DNA of 64,000 nucleotides from Microthyrium microscopicum (GCA_010405405.1 MU004238.1:1871530-1935529); one strand, 5' to 3'. Shown: positions 47,363 to 61,787, counted from the first letter of the stretch. Made by a program: numbers and translations. Notes: generated by a model not told the origin, from the sequence alone.

Positions 47363-49756
47363 TCAAGAACTCTTTGCAGATCTATTCTCCTCGATCAAAG
47401 TCATTCTCAACCGATCAATATGCTCCGCCATCACGGACGCCTTCTCCGGCGGATACGGCGTCGGCACGGGTCTCCCAGGCAGCCGCGCAAAAGTGTCATC
47501 CTGCTTGGCACGATTCCTCAAATTCCACTTGTGCCGTGGATGCCCACTAACCTCTACATATAGCGCCATCACCTCATCTTGCCGCGCATGTTTTTGGTGT
47601 CTCATCTCCAGCCACAGTTCCTCTAGTGTCTTCATCATGGGCTTTCTAATAGTGGTGCGCATCTCATCATAAAAATGCAAGATTTGCTCCAGGTCGTGAC
47701 CTCCGCGTAGCAGAGTCCTGATCAGACCGTCGTAGATGACGGCGTCGGGTTGGAGACCCATGATTTGATGCTCAGAAGCAAATTTCATGGCCTGGCGAAT
47801 GTTGCCTTTTTCAATCGTGATGGCGAAGAGGTGGTGGAAGGTTGTTAGGTTGGGGCCTTCACGACAGGCGATGCGGATATCATCGTATATCTCGTAGGCG
47901 ATGTAGTCTGGGTCACTACATTCGATGAGGACGTTAACGGCGGCTATGGGGACACTGTCGCCAATGAACGAGTGTTTGGTTTTGATATGCTCGAACAGCT
48001 TTCTGATAATGTTTTCGTTCGTATATCGGTTGGCCTGGAGGGCGAGATATATAGGGCGGGTGGTGCTGTGGTCCGGAGTAATGCCCGCTCTATGCATTTC
48101 AACTAGCGTGGTCAAAGCTTGTTCGTAGTCTTGGGCGTTTGCATAAGTCTCGACAAGCGATTCCCAGTGCAGGCGATTGAGCCCGCCGTGATACCGCTTG
48201 GCTACTCGGAGAATGTCGTTTGTCCATTCCACATCTCCGTTACGTGCAGCAATGCTGAGTAGTTGCAATGACGTTCCAGCACTGACTGTCATATATTCGG
48301 GCTTTACGCAACGAAGCCATATGTACCGTGAGGGAATATACTGAGCATATTATTAGTCAAAAGATAGCTTTCCAGGCTGATGAGAGCTTACGTGATGCTT
48401 TTCTGCTGCGGAATCCAGCATGTAGGTCCAGAGAGCAGACAAACCTTCTGGACCCAAGTCCTCGAGCCTAAGTCGCATAACTCTCATGGCTTCATCCATC
48501 TCTCCTCCCTCTACCAGTGTTGTAATAGCTAGGCCATAGAGCCATGATGGTATATCTATGTTATTAACCTTCATGGACTGCAGCTCTTCAACTGCTCGCT
48601 CTAATTGCAACTCTCTAAACATCCCGGCGACTACCATACTATAGCCAAACTCTGACAGTCCAAACCAGCGACGTTCCATGTGCTGGAGGATTTCTGTACG
48701 CAGTATATGGTCTGGGTGAACGGCCAAAGCACGCAAGATAGCGTGACACATTGGCTGATCCAGCTCAAGCTTTTCACTGGCCATCTCGCTCACAATACGA
48801 AGTAGCCCATCAACTGAGCCCTCAGGGGCAGCATTTGCAAGAGTCAATGCCAGAAACATGTTGTAGTTGGGCTTTTCGCCTCGTATACGTATTACGCGCT
48901 GTACTAGGTCGTTGGTTTCGCGAAGCAGACTCCGTGTCCCCAGCTCCAGCAGACTATCATTGAGAGCTGTTATCGTCGCGGCTTGGATCTCTCCATCGCT
49001 GAACTCAGGTACACTCCGAACTTCCAACGACTTTTCATCCGGTTTTTGTGGGAAAAGGCTCTGACCTCTATGTCCATGGTCGCGAGCGTATTGGCGTGGT
49101 ATTGCTAATTCGGATTCGTTCTCCCAGAACATCCCATGAAGGTCGAGCGAAGTGGTTTTACTTGCATGAATGGACGACGTGGTATGGGAGGATCCGTCGA
49201 AATCTGGTATTATGCCTGAGATAGGATCATCGCCAAGTCTATCACCTACCGAGGAAGTTGGCGCATTGTCTATTTTCAGGTTTGTGGTATTCTTTGCCCG
49301 GTCGTTTAAGTTGGAAGATGGGGAATGCTCATTGACATCCTTTCTTGGGAATTTGCCGCTAGAGCTGTCATCGTCCAATTGGGAAATTATATCTGCGCCA
49401 AATTCATCGCCGACTGCACTGTCCTCCAAGGTTGTCGGCGCACTGCCTGATCTCGGGGTTGTGTGATTCTCTGTCGGGTTTTTATTGATGTTGGGGAGTC
49501 TGGGGTTTTTGCGGCTAGAGCTCTGATGATGGAAACCGGAACACAAGCTCTGGGTCGTTATGCCCGACTGCAAATTGTACCGGGGATCTCGAACGAGTGG
49601 CTGGATCCTATTCGAGGAAATTGCTCGATAGCAACAGCCATTTGTAAGGCACTCCAGAAACTGCGGGCGACAGGTTTGAACTTGGGGTAACGCGTTTGCT
49701 TTGAGAGTCTTCACAGCACGGCGCAGAGATCTCGTTGTGACGGCAACATGGCGCAT
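47363..49756 (-). CDS. Pentatricopeptide repeat (PPR) protein, probably mitochondrial, two exons (start codon uncertain)
   Basis: PPR-like helices (WESLVETYANAQDYEQALTTLVEMHRAGITPD; QPDAVIYDGLIRTLLRGG; GYSMVVAGMFRELQLERAVEELQSM). Intron about 48341-48391; basic N-terminus MRHVAVTTRSLRRAVK. Confidence 0.85.
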
Positions 49757-51097
49757 TGAAGCTGGAACCGCGGAAGTCGTTACATCGGTATTGGCGAGGG
49801 GAGAAGAGGAAATATTACAGAGAGTCTTGTCGTTGCGCTTGTCGTTGACTCGATCATACACGGAGTGACGAATTGTATGACCAGCGGTTCGATAAATTCC
49901 GTCGAGTGGTACGCATGAACATGATTGGCTGAAGCTAGCAAGTGGCACTATGCCCAAAAGGACGCAACTTTCAAGGTCCGTCCTTCCTTTCTGGTCACAC
50001 CAGCCTTGTCACTTTTATCTCAGCCTTGCTGGATAATCTGGTGTGACGTGGCATATATTCTGGAAGCAGAGGACGATTGAACTGATGTGACATCAAGCTG
50101 CAGAGTTAAGAAACTCTGGGCAATCGTAAGGCTTAGTTCAGCCGCCAAACGTGAAGAGGATGAGGTGAACTGCACAGGCGCGCATTTGAAGATATTTATG
50201 TCCAGTACAATTATTGGAGATAAGCAGACGTTCAACGGGATTACCAGGGTAGAAATTGTGAATGCTTTTGATTCAGTCCGCATTTGCATCATGTACTTGT
50301 ATGTTACCTATCCAAACATGACTCGTGAGCAGTGGGGATTGCGATGCTCGAATTGCTCGATAATCCCAGAATCAAAAACTTAGCTAGAAAACCCCTGGCA
50401 ACAACTCTGCTCGATTGATCATTGAGAGCGGTTGAAAAGAGGGACCGACAAGAATTATGGCCGAGATACAACTCAGCGACCAAAAAGCCGAGCAGCTTTG
50501 CAGATGATCTGCTTTTCTGAACCCTTTCTTCCAACTCCTCCCTGTTACCGAACCTGTACTTTTGGTTTGTTACATCTGACCAATCGTCGCCTTTCTCCAG
50601 AAATTTGCCCTTTACTGGTTAGAAACTCTTTGTGAGGCGAAGAAAACGCTCCGCGAGGGTCTCCCAAGAAGTTCTGCTGGCCTTATTTGCTTTTTGCTGT
50701 TTAGCAACCTCCTTTTCCAAAGGGTACATGGAACGTCGATGACTCGAGCTCATAAGTCAACACCACAAATGTGTACAATTAGAATCTGAAAAGAACAAAG
50801 CAGATGTCCTGGTCACTTTGTTGGTGCTTATGATCGCCATGTATCAGTGGTTCGTTTAAAAACATTTGATCCATACTTAGGTAGGCTGAAATCGCAAACT
50901 GCGCCTCTGTTCTGGCCGCTCGAATACGGCATACACGCGATCTGACTGCTTCTGTTTCAGCAGCCACCGGTGGGATCTGGATTCAGAGAACATGGGCGAA
51001 GACAAAGACTTCATCCTCAATCCTTCTTGACATCTTCTATCGCGTCGGTTCTTGCTTTCTGGTCTCCTGTTTTATTCTTCTTTACAGCTGGCTGCAC

Positions 51098-53292
51098 ATG
51101 GAGCTGTTCGCGCTAGTATTGTTGACGCTGTCAGGCTGCGTGAAAGCCCAGTTCCCAGTTCAGCCTCAAAATGTGCAGACAGTAAACTCTCAGCACTCAC
51201 CTGGAGTTACACTGAGTTATAAGGAGGTCAGTACACCGGCTCCATCTAGAACTATTGAACTTAACTTTCTGCCTCCAGAATGGGATCTGTGAGACTACGA
51301 AGGGAGTCAAGTCGATATCCGGCTATGTACATCTTCCGGCGAACACGTTAGCAGATGTTCAAGAGGATCAGCCAGAGAATATCAACACGTTTTTCTGGTT
51401 TTTTGAAAGCAGGAAAGACCCTGCCAATGCACCATTGAGGTATGATCTGTTTGACTGAAAAAATAATATGCGCTAATCTAGTGATAGCATATGGATGAAT
51501 GGTGTATGTAGAGCTTCAAGTATCTTTGAAGTCTGTTAATATTATATAGGGTCCAGGGAGTTCGTCAATGATTGGCTTACTACAGGAAAATGGGCCGTGT
51601 TCTGTCAACCGTGACTCCAATTCGACAACTCTAAACCCATGGTCCTGGAATCAAGAAGTTAATATGCTATATATAGGTCACTAGCTCATCCGTACTCACT
51701 ACTTGTCGTTGCTAACATCAATCAGATCAACCAGTTCAGACCGGCTTCAGTTATGATTCTTTAATAAACGGCACCCTGGATGTGCTCCAAGAATCCATTG
51801 TTCCATTAACCACCAATCAAGCTGTCTCATCTGGAAATGTCTTTCAAAAGCCTGGAACTTTCCCGTCAAACAAGGCCACTCTCACGTCTAACAGCACGTC
51901 AAATGCCGCGAAGGCGCTCTGGCATTTCACGCAGACGTTCTTTACAGAGTTTCCGGATTATAAACCCAATGACAATCGGATCAGCATCTGGACAGAGTCG
52001 TATGGTGGAAAATATGGCCCAGCTACTGCTGCTTTTTTTCAAGAACAGAATCTCAAAATCAACAATGGGACCCTGAAAAATACCAACAATACCTATGTCA
52101 TTCATTTAGACACTCTAGGGATTATCAATGGCTGCGTTGACTCTCTGACCATGGAACTGTCATACGCTGATTTTGCATTCAACAACACTTACGGCATCCA
52201 AGCAATTGATCAAGAGACTTATCAGGAAGCGGTTACTGCATATTCGGCCCCAGGAGGCTGCAGAGACCAGATACTTGACTGCCGCACTATCGCAGCCCAA
52301 CTGGATCCTGATAATACAGGAGTCAACACACAAGTGAACTCAGTGTGCCGAAAAGCGACGAATGCATGCAAGTAAGTTCATCTGACTTCAGTGCTATGGT
52401 TTACGATCATTAACAACTTGTGTACAGCGCTGACGTAGAGTCTCCCTATCTTCAATCTGAGAAATATAGCTTCTATGATATCGGAAACCCGTCATCTGAT
52501 TCATTTCCACCAAATTATATGATTGGCTACCTTGGCCAACGATGGGTACAAGAAGCTCTAGGTGTCCCCCTAAACTTCACCATGTCCAGCAATGCCGTGT
52601 TTGCCGCGTTCAACGGTGTTGGCGACTATTCGCGAGGAAGCATGCTCGAGGACATTGGCTTCGTACTCGACCAAGGAATCAAAGTTGCCATGGTCTATGG
52701 CGACCGTGACTTTGCCTGTAACTGGATTGGTGGTGAGAACGTCTCACTGAACATTCCTTGGTCCAAGGCCCAAAACTTCAAACAGGCTGGATATACTGAT
52801 CTACAGGTCAACGGGTCATACGTGGGTGGCAAGGTTAGACAATATGGCAATCTCAGTTTTACGCGCGTTTACCAGTCAGGCCATGAAGTCCCCGCTTATC
52901 AGCCACAAACCGCGTGGGAGATCTTCCGAAGGGCTTTGAATAATCTGGACATTGCTACGGGAAAGACTACTATTGCTGGCAAGGAATATGCTACTACCGG
53001 GCCAGCAGATACGTGGAACGTGAAGATGGCTGCTCCACCAGCACATCCTCACGAATGCTACATTCTTGCTCCAGGCACATGTACAGAAGATGAGATTGCG
53101 GCAGTGCAGAATGGAACCGCAAAAGTGGGTGATTACATCTTTGGCGCGGATGCTGCGTCGTTGTCACCAACACCTTCAGGGGCGCCGTCGGGTGGAACGG
53201 CACCAAAGAAGTCTGATGCCAGGAGATCCGCGTCTTTCCTCACGTCTACTTTGATCTCTACACTGGCGTTGGGGGTTATTTTTATCTACTGA
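51098..53292 (+). CDS. Secreted serine carboxypeptidase, family S10 (carboxypeptidase S1-like), with probable GPI signal; multi-exon
   Basis: Signal peptide; [32 protein letters not shown] (Ser), GDRDFACN (Asp) and SGHEVP (His). Ser/Gly/Pro linker then a hydrophobic C-terminus. Confidence 0.94.
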
Positions 53293-54026
53293 GGCATTGA
53301 AGCGTTGACGAAATTATGGATTTACAAGGCACATTGAAGACGCAATGCAGACGTTTACGGACATGAAAGATTACCGCACACTGGCAATCCAGTTTGAATG
53401 AACCACTATCATTAATACCCAGCTATTCGGAACATATATCCAAACATAAATACATACGGAATTACATTAGGGGCGTATAGAGGCGTTAGCCTTAACAAAG
53501 ATACATAACAAGACGCTGCGTGAAAAGTCAAACGCCAGCAGTGTCTAAGGTTGGCCCATAAAAGGTACTCACGAGGAAAAGATACGCTACCAATAAACCA
53601 TTATGACATGACGAATCCTTTTTTGGGGAATGACCACTCTGCCCAGAGTTTTTCGCCAATACGCCTTTTGTGATGAAATAGCTGTACCGCAAATACCAGA
53701 CCTAGTTGATACAATTTCCCCGGTAAAATAAACTCTTGGTAATCCATGTGACTTTTCCCTTTTATCTTTATTGCATGGTCCCGAAATAATTGAAGTCTTT
53801 GGTACTGGTGGCAAGTTCATCGTCGGGTATAGCGCAGTATAGTCATATAAACGTAAGAATTGAAACGAAATGGCCTGGCTGGATGATACCATATACTCCA
53901 ATGATGAAGGAAAATGTTGTGTCTGCTGGAGGCCTCAAAGATGCTCGACATGAAGGATTGAGTTATCGACCCAGAATCTGGCGTTAGTCGAATGGCGGTG
54001 TTTCAATCCAGGCGAATCGACAAGTA

Positions 54027-55745
54027 TTATCGTCGGACAATTGAGATTTTGAGAGGCTTGGATTCTGCGGTCATACGACCCGAGCTGGATGCAGAGGCAG
54101 TGGGAATCTCGCGGCGCTGGGCTGGGTTTGGACCCGCGAGGGGCTGATAGGTTTGGCCATTTGCGAGCGTTCCGTCACTAACGCGGTCGTCCCGATAGTT
54201 ACTTCGACTCGCGGTGCTGTCAGAGCTGAAGCTATAATTGTTTTGCCCATCTCGGCAACTCATGGCAACAGAGGAACTCGCTTGGCTACTGCTACCAATA
54301 CTGCTGGCTTCGCTGGCCGTGGCATCGCAGGACGGCGCTTTGTCATAACTAGACGATGGAAGGGTTGTGTAGCCCGATGTGTTACGTGTGAATTGTATTG
54401 CTGATTCGTGATGAGGAACCAATCTATACGCAAACGGCTTGTCGTTAGTAGCTCCGGCTGAAGTGTAGCCGCCGTTTTGCGCATTGGAGGCTGCAGGTGC
54501 GCACGTGAACACAACTGGGGTTACATGAGAATGCGCATCTTCTGGACTGGAAGCGCTGTGTGAGTAGTTTGTAGCTGTTACACCGCCATTGACGTCTGAA
54601 AAGGAGCGGTCGAAACTGGAGGTGACCACTGGACTCCATGCTACTGGTGCTCGTTGCTCGCAGCCATATGGCGAGCTATATGGCAGAGACGTGGCAATTG
54701 AGTAGCTTCCTGCTCGCTTGGAGATCTCATTCAATTGAGCCGGTACAGAGCCTGGGTGACGCATTGAACTTGGAACGGGTGGAAGTATGCGATCACTCCC
54801 TCCTCGGGCGTAAGACACAACCGGAGAAGGCAGTCCCCACATATTGTTATACGCTGGCACCGGAGCGATGGGAGCATTGGTATTTGCTACGGTGGTCATG
54901 GGGGTTTGATAGCCATCGACGCTGGATTGAACGGATTCAGTCTCAACGTATCCCATCTGAGGATTCGTCCGAATCGGAAGAGTATAGTTAGTTATAGCCC
55001 AAGTTGCGCGTGCCGGTTCGGACATCACAAATGTCTCTCCGGCTGGTGTCGAGGATTGGAAATGGTAAGCGTCCACGGGCGATATTGGGGATTCTGGGGT
55101 AAAGGATTGAGGAGGCCACGATTGACCGGACTCAGCTCGAGCATTTGATGCAAGAGGGGTCTGGTGATATCCAACGCTTCCTCTGGAATAGCCTCCTTGA
55201 GAGTATGATGTTTGAAGTAGAGCTGGACTAGACACGTTGCCGTACAGACCGCTCATGCGAACCAGCGAGTCGTCGTCAAGCTCCTTTGATCCCACCTATT
55301 TTGCTCTTAGTCTCAACCAGCCTCCCATCACCCCAGATCCTACTTACACGATGAAAGCTACATGTTGTGACTCCTGCTGTTTGACAGTGTGTACATCCCC
55401 GACCATCAGGGCTATCGCCACTGCACTTTATCTTTCTCTTGCGACAGCGTCCACACTAATCGATAGTCAGTTCTGCATGTAGAATTATCTAGTACCACGT
55501 ACGGCGACAGCAATTCGTTTTCGGCTCTGTCCTAACGGCTGCTCTGGTTCTGCTTCTGGAATTTGGCCATGTGAGCGATCATAACGAAAGTATCTTCCCA
55601 AGGGATGGCGCTCCGAAGGATAAGACGCCATATGGTGTAAGTGAGTGCTTCGCTCTCCCGCGTAGTAAGGATTGCTAAGGCCGGTCGATTCGGCTACACT
55701 CATGCGTTCACGGACGATGTCTCCAGTCCAGTCCGCTTTCATCAT
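54027..55745 (-). CDS. Zn(II)2Cys6 binuclear cluster transcription factor, three exons (start codon uncertain)
   Basis: A small exon at about 55347-55454 encodes CGRCRKRKIKCSGDSPDGRGCTHCQTAGVTTC, flanked by GT-AG introns. It is preceded by RKRIAVA and followed by a Ser-rich 422-aa exon. Confidence 0.9.
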
Positions 55746-58700
55746 CCTCAAGGACAATCAAGAAACTATCTCAGATATCAAGCTAACAAAACAGACGGAA
55801 AAGGACCGCAAAAGAGCAAGAAAGAAACTGTATGATCGATGTCTGGCTATGGAAAGATGGCGTTATGTCCCAATAACATCGAGAATCTTGATTGAAGTTG
55901 CCACTGCGTTTGCTCCAAAGAAAAGGCGGTCTCTCAGAGGCCTTGATAGACACAAGTTCCTGGGGAGATCCTGGCACTGAAGTGAATTTCAAGCCGTTGG
56001 GCGGTCAAAAAGACGGGAAGCGGCGGATGGTGGAAGAAATGGACAGCGTATAACAGAAAAAAACGAAGAGCAAACGCTGTAAACCTACATGGAATACAAC
56101 AGGAAAGTATTTGTACGTTAATCTGGCCCATAAATTGGTAAGGTACTTAATGTATGTCTATCTACGTTGCTCAAGAATGAGTAGTCGAGAGATGCAACGT
56201 GCTGCTTTTGCCTGCTTTTTGTGCTGCCAGCTTTAGGCGTGACTTATGCTATCCCATGTTGTGGTAACAGCTACCTTAACGATTGCTACTGTGAGCCTCA
56301 TAGGTATCGGCGATTTTCTAGACCCCTGAACATACGGGTAGTAGCAGAATGCTGTGACCTTGGGTCGTAGGCACGAGCTCATAACATGGACGTTTCGGAG
56401 CTGTGGAGATAGCATTGGGCTAACGATTGGCTAATTGTACACTGTGGAACGTTCGACGAAAGTACAGTTGTTCGGGGGGACTATAACGTTCGATCAGGTA
56501 GCTAGCAAACTGTTGAAGCAAGTTCTGAGAGCAGCACCGTATGAAGTGATTTATTGACATTTTCCATTTGGTGCCAAAGCTGCCTCTCAGGCGATTATAT
56601 GATGTGGAGATGCGTATCTCTCTCCATAAGGTTCATTTGAGGCAAATATGAACTGTCGTGGGTCGATCTCCTAAGGTCTTTTCTGGAGATGGCGTTGCAT
56701 CGGATCCATGCAGGGTAAAGTCGTTTGCTCTGTGGCACTGAAGACGGAAACTTTGAAGGTTCGAGCATACTCGCGTGTGACTGAGAGGTAGCGCGACCTT
56801 GTGTCTCCTGTAGCCTATGCATTGCTTCTGTAAACTGGTGCAGCAAACGGTGGGGTGCAATTGAGGTAAATGTGAGTTCGTTGGCAGTGCATTGTATTAG
56901 CTTGAAGCTGATGTGACCTGTCGCAATTCTGACGTCTCATAAACCAGTAGCCAGCGATCGTGAGTATGATCGAGGAAGAAACTGCATCGTAGGACTGCAG
57001 GATTAGTAGAGACTGCATGAAGGCTTTTGAAGCATTCTCGCAGAACATTCAACCTAAAGGCTACCAAGTAAAGTTGTCTATCCTAGACAAACAGGTTCTT
57101 ACGCGTTCCACCAGAAAAGGGGCGAGACCCGCTAAACCTTCAGGAGCCAGTGGAAAGTAGGCCACTCAGTATTACTATCCCAGCGACCTCGCCCGGTTCG
57201 AGCCAATGTCTTGCGTCAAATGTTTGCACCATAACGGCCTGTAATCGGCCGCGTACTGAACAGATCGAGCAAGTTGCCGGCGGTAACCCGCTGACTTGTC
57301 AAATCTAACCCCAGTTCAGAGCACCTGTCAATCACTTGGCAGCTCACCTGTGTAATGGTCAATCCTGATTAGGCTTCTGGCGGCAAGTAATTCTAGAACT
57401 GGTCAGTCACACCTTATAGGTATCAACGGGTTATAGAAAGTACTCTAGAGTATCGCTAGAACTCGTTCATCTCTTCCACTTATCACCAACACATTGAAGA
57501 AATTTGTGGGATATCCTAGCTCAAAAAAGCGTTTGATGCATTGTCTCCGCAGTCTCACAATATGGCAATATCTTAGAGATGTAGGGCACAAATGTAATCT
57601 CTCATCATTGGATATGTGTTGGGGCCAAGGTAACGATACTGTTGGATCTGATGTACCTGTATAGCCCATGCAGCAGAACACAGCTAGCAACCAAGCCCTC
57701 CAATACCGTTATTGGAGACGTACGTTTGGCGAAGCCGGGGTCAAGTAGGTACCTAGGTGGGTACATAAGTACCTAGCAATGATTATGCCTCACTGGATTA
57801 GCCTGGGTCAAAAATTCTTCAGCCGAGATGGAAGAAAAGCAAATTCCTATATCTTGATTGTCTTCTGGTTCGGTTTCCATAAGAGTCTCCACAAAAGCAT
57901 CGCTATATGTCCAACCCGATACTGTAGCCAAGAAGTAGTTGCAGAATCGATGATAAATTTCGTGAGCCCGGCTGAGTCTAGGGGGTCTCGATATTTGCTT
58001 GCACCAAAGAATGCATTCAGCACAAACAGCAAGCTTAACAGCTGATTAACCTAAAAGATGAAGATAAGAGTCGAACGGAATCCCGTGCCAAAAGAGAGCT
58101 AGTCTTGGATCTGTTTGTGAGTAGAAACTGTATCCCATAGGAGAATTAGCAAAACGTGATAACACGAGTATTCCATGGAGCATGTAGCTGACTAGCACCA
58201 CTTGTTGAGCAAACTAGTAAGCTCATTATAGCCAATTAAAGAAAACGCTTTTCCAATTGATGCTAACAGCCGTGTACAGTCACAGGATAAGGCGAGATAC
58301 TCCAGCCCACATCAGAAAATGGATAAAGCACTTCCCATATCTGTATGCACTTGCATTTCAGAGATCGTGTTCTGTGGTTCTCTAATTGGGAGATTCAATA
58401 CAGAAGCGCAGTGGCAGGAAGCCTGAAGCCGCGTAATGAAGCAATCTCGGGTCAACGCCACTACACATTTGATTCCAGTCAGCTGGGAATTATGAATTAT
58501 GATGTGTATCGTTGAAGATCGAAATATTCGCTATAGCAAATATCACCAAATTCAATCGGCCCGTCTTCCTGCATGCAGGGTTTGTTAAATATAACGCGAA
58601 AGTTTGCTGATGGTAGGTACAACTTTCTGTTGATCTGGATTCTCGTGCCAATGTAACCTGTTGATATCAATATGATGTGACCATCAGTTGCTATCACACA

Positions 58701-60265
58701 GTATTGTACACTTGTGCTTCAATATTGCGAGAGGCCACAAAGCATTTGTTCGCTAAAAGAGCATGTCTCCAGGAAACGAAACAGCTCTTCGTTGTCACTG
58801 ATACCTGAACTTACTCTATGCTAATATTTGCCCTGCTTTTTCGATAGAGTGCCACTGGACCATTCGCAGAGCTTCGTTTTATTCCGCATTACTTTGTACA
58901 ACACACAACCGTGACAGAACACGAAATACCGGCATTAAAAATCCTCGAAAATACGATTTGGCATTGAAGCTGTAAAGAAGTGCCCTGGCATGCACAGCGA
59001 TCCAGGCGTGCCAGGGTATAGGCTAAAGGGTCATTCAGTGTGCATACGCGCTTCGGTCAGCGTGATGCATCACTTCAATCCATCGCTTACATGGGCCTCG
59101 AAAAAGAAAGCAAAGTAGCACTCGAAGCCTGTTTCTCTAAGTGTCGCCCAATCTGCGAATCATAACTATCGGTTCGGCGGCTCTGCAGAGCATTTGGCAT
59201 TTGCTGTCCTGCAGATTTCATGATGCACTGCATTAGGAGTACTAGAGTAACACCCAGCGCAAGCATCAAATGACCACTTGAACTTGTAGAGCATACACGT
59301 GGACTGTGTAATTGGGACTCAGATATGCTCAATTGCTCAAACCATTAATGGATGGAAGTTACAACTGTAGACACGGTCTCGAGAACGGTCTCAATCGGGA
59401 CGGCGCGAAAGGCACGGGTACCGAGCCGCTCTAGATCCCGATGCTCGCGGTCATGATCCCTGTCAGCCTGGTGATAGGGCCGCGAACGGCAATTGAAAAG
59501 ATGCATCAATTCACTGTTGTTGTTCTTTTTTATCTTTCGTCCCTGTTGTGGAGGCTTCAGGCTTTTCCAGTAACTACCGATGATCCATTACTATACGAGC
59601 TCTTTATGGTTTTGGAAGCTCGATCTTGCATGAAAAGGGCCTGAAGGCCAAGTTTTACTCAAGGTACCCGCGAAAGCACAGCGCTTGTAGAATGCGTACT
59701 GTCGGGCGGATGGTGCAAAAATCTGCTGCGAAGTTATGAACCATACCAGCCCTGCCAACCCGGCATGAACCTTCGTTTAAGCCGGAGATTTTTCCATGCA
59801 GCCAGTGTCATATAGCTGTGCGGGATCAGTTCATAGACGCCCATCTGCTAGGATGCAAAAGGCGGTATTGGGACCGCAGACCTATTAGATCCCTACCTGG
59901 CCAGCGCATCTGCATGTATCGCTCAATAGTGATATCTTTTGTGAGTGGTCATTGGCCAAGCATATTTGAAGAAAGGCTGTGCCAAAGTGCCGGTAAGATC
60001 GAGATGGAAAAGTTGAGTATACTAAGCAATCAGGTCCCAATGACACCAACATTTCGCTTACCCATGCACTTTGGGTTGATGTTTTTACCTCCGCAAGGTA
60101 GCAGGACGGGCAATCGAATATCAAGAATACTTTGAATTGTAAAGTTTTGTCTGGCTAGAACTCGCTTGTCAAGTACTATGAAATCCTGGAAAAGTCGTCA
60201 AAGAACAATTGAGAATTGCCAACGGTCATATCCTTGCATTACCATAAGGCCATTTCTCGGTGGTA

Positions 60266-61341
60266 TTAAGCAAAATGCTTTTTGAAAAAGTCAATGGCCT
60301 GTTTCTCTGCTGCTTCGGCTTGCTTGATAACCTCTCGTCCCGGATCGGCTCGGATGCAAAAGCCATGGCCAGCTCCGGGATACATGATAATTTCTGTGTC
60401 AACGTTTTCCAAGGTTTTGAAAGTATCTTCAATGACTTTAACTTGCTTAGGACCCAGGTTTATATCAAGGTCACCAAGCGCAATTGACAATGGCTGTTTG
60501 ACTGGTTGGAGCTCAGCCGGGAAGGAGCAGTTGCTTGGGTGCCCAGTGAAGCTGGCGTTAACCAGAGGCTTTCCAGATGAAGACTTCTCGCCATGAGATA
60601 AATATATGGCGTGGCGACCTCCCCAGCAGAAGCCAGCTGCTCCAACAGGAAGTTTAGAGCCTTCATTTTCACTTATCTTTTGGAAGAATGTTTGCACAGT
60701 CGGATATGATATTCCAAACCGATTTCTGACCATGAATGGACCAGCTCCGTAGAGTAGCATGGCAATGGCATATCTGCTAGTTGTTAGTACACACTATAAG
60801 ATGGTAAGGTTCACAAACGGCTTCGTCAACCATGCTGAGAGACTACTTGTGTCAGCGACGCTTTCTACATAAACCAGCAGCCATTCTGGAGCAGCCGATC
60901 CTGATTGCTGTTAGGTCATGGCTTCAAAGAGGATTGTATAAACGCACCTTCCATAAAGTCCGGAAGATAGACCAGGAAGTCGCCAGCCGCGGCATAATGA
61001 TCGGCCAGAATTCTGTTGTTGACAAATTGCCAGCCAAACGCGTCTGGGATGATAATTATAATGCCTTTGGCATCCTTGCCATCCTTTGGCTCGGCGATAT
61101 AAGTATCTAGACCACTGCATTATCGTCAGTCAACGGTTCTATCACTCAAACTCGCCACGAAGCAGTTTGTCATAACATCTGATCCTATCTATCCACTGCG
61201 GTCGCGTGGAGGATAGAGTAGTAGGTACCTAGGAGAAGAGTATGACGATGGCTTCATGCTCGAAACTTACTGGATCTTCTCCTCGCGGCCTTGCGGGTCA
61301 CTTGTGTGTTTATGACCACTGAAACACTCTGGGCAGGACAT
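60266..61341 (-). CDS. Dienelactone hydrolase family alpha/beta hydrolase, multi-exon
   Basis: MSCPECFSGH...GLDTYIAEP...IPDAFGWQFVNNRILAD...VYLPDFM; nucleophile GFCWGG; HPS; YPGAGHGFCIRAD. Confidence 0.92.
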
Positions 61342-61787
61342 AATTGATGACTTTCAGAGTGAGGAATAAGTCAAAATGAGGAATAAGCCGCAAAATAATC
61401 AATTGATTGGTGAAGGAGGTTTTAGAAGAGGAGGCACGGAATGTCAATGGATTCTTCGGAGATATCGGAGGTACTTATCTGCGACGACGCTGGAAGCAAC
61501 GGTGTAACAAAATTAGACCCGGAAATGTACACTCTGACTTCCGGGAATGATCGATTCGATTGCTGTTGAAACTGCCAGTACTTCACATAGTATCATTGAT
61601 GCCACGTCCCGATTGAGGAAACCAGTTGCCCAATGCGGAAGGTGGCCGAAAAGTTGTTTCGATCACGTGACACACCTGCTAGGCTTGCCTTCATGCATAA
61701 CTTATAAGCCTAATGAACCTTGAACGACAACATCGAGACATTTCTTGTACCAGCTACACCAAACACATCCACATCGTTGCGAGCACA

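Noticed and set aside
57180..57215. tRNA suggested by GGTTCGA
   Set aside because: No acceptor stem, D arm or anticodon arm can be built around it.
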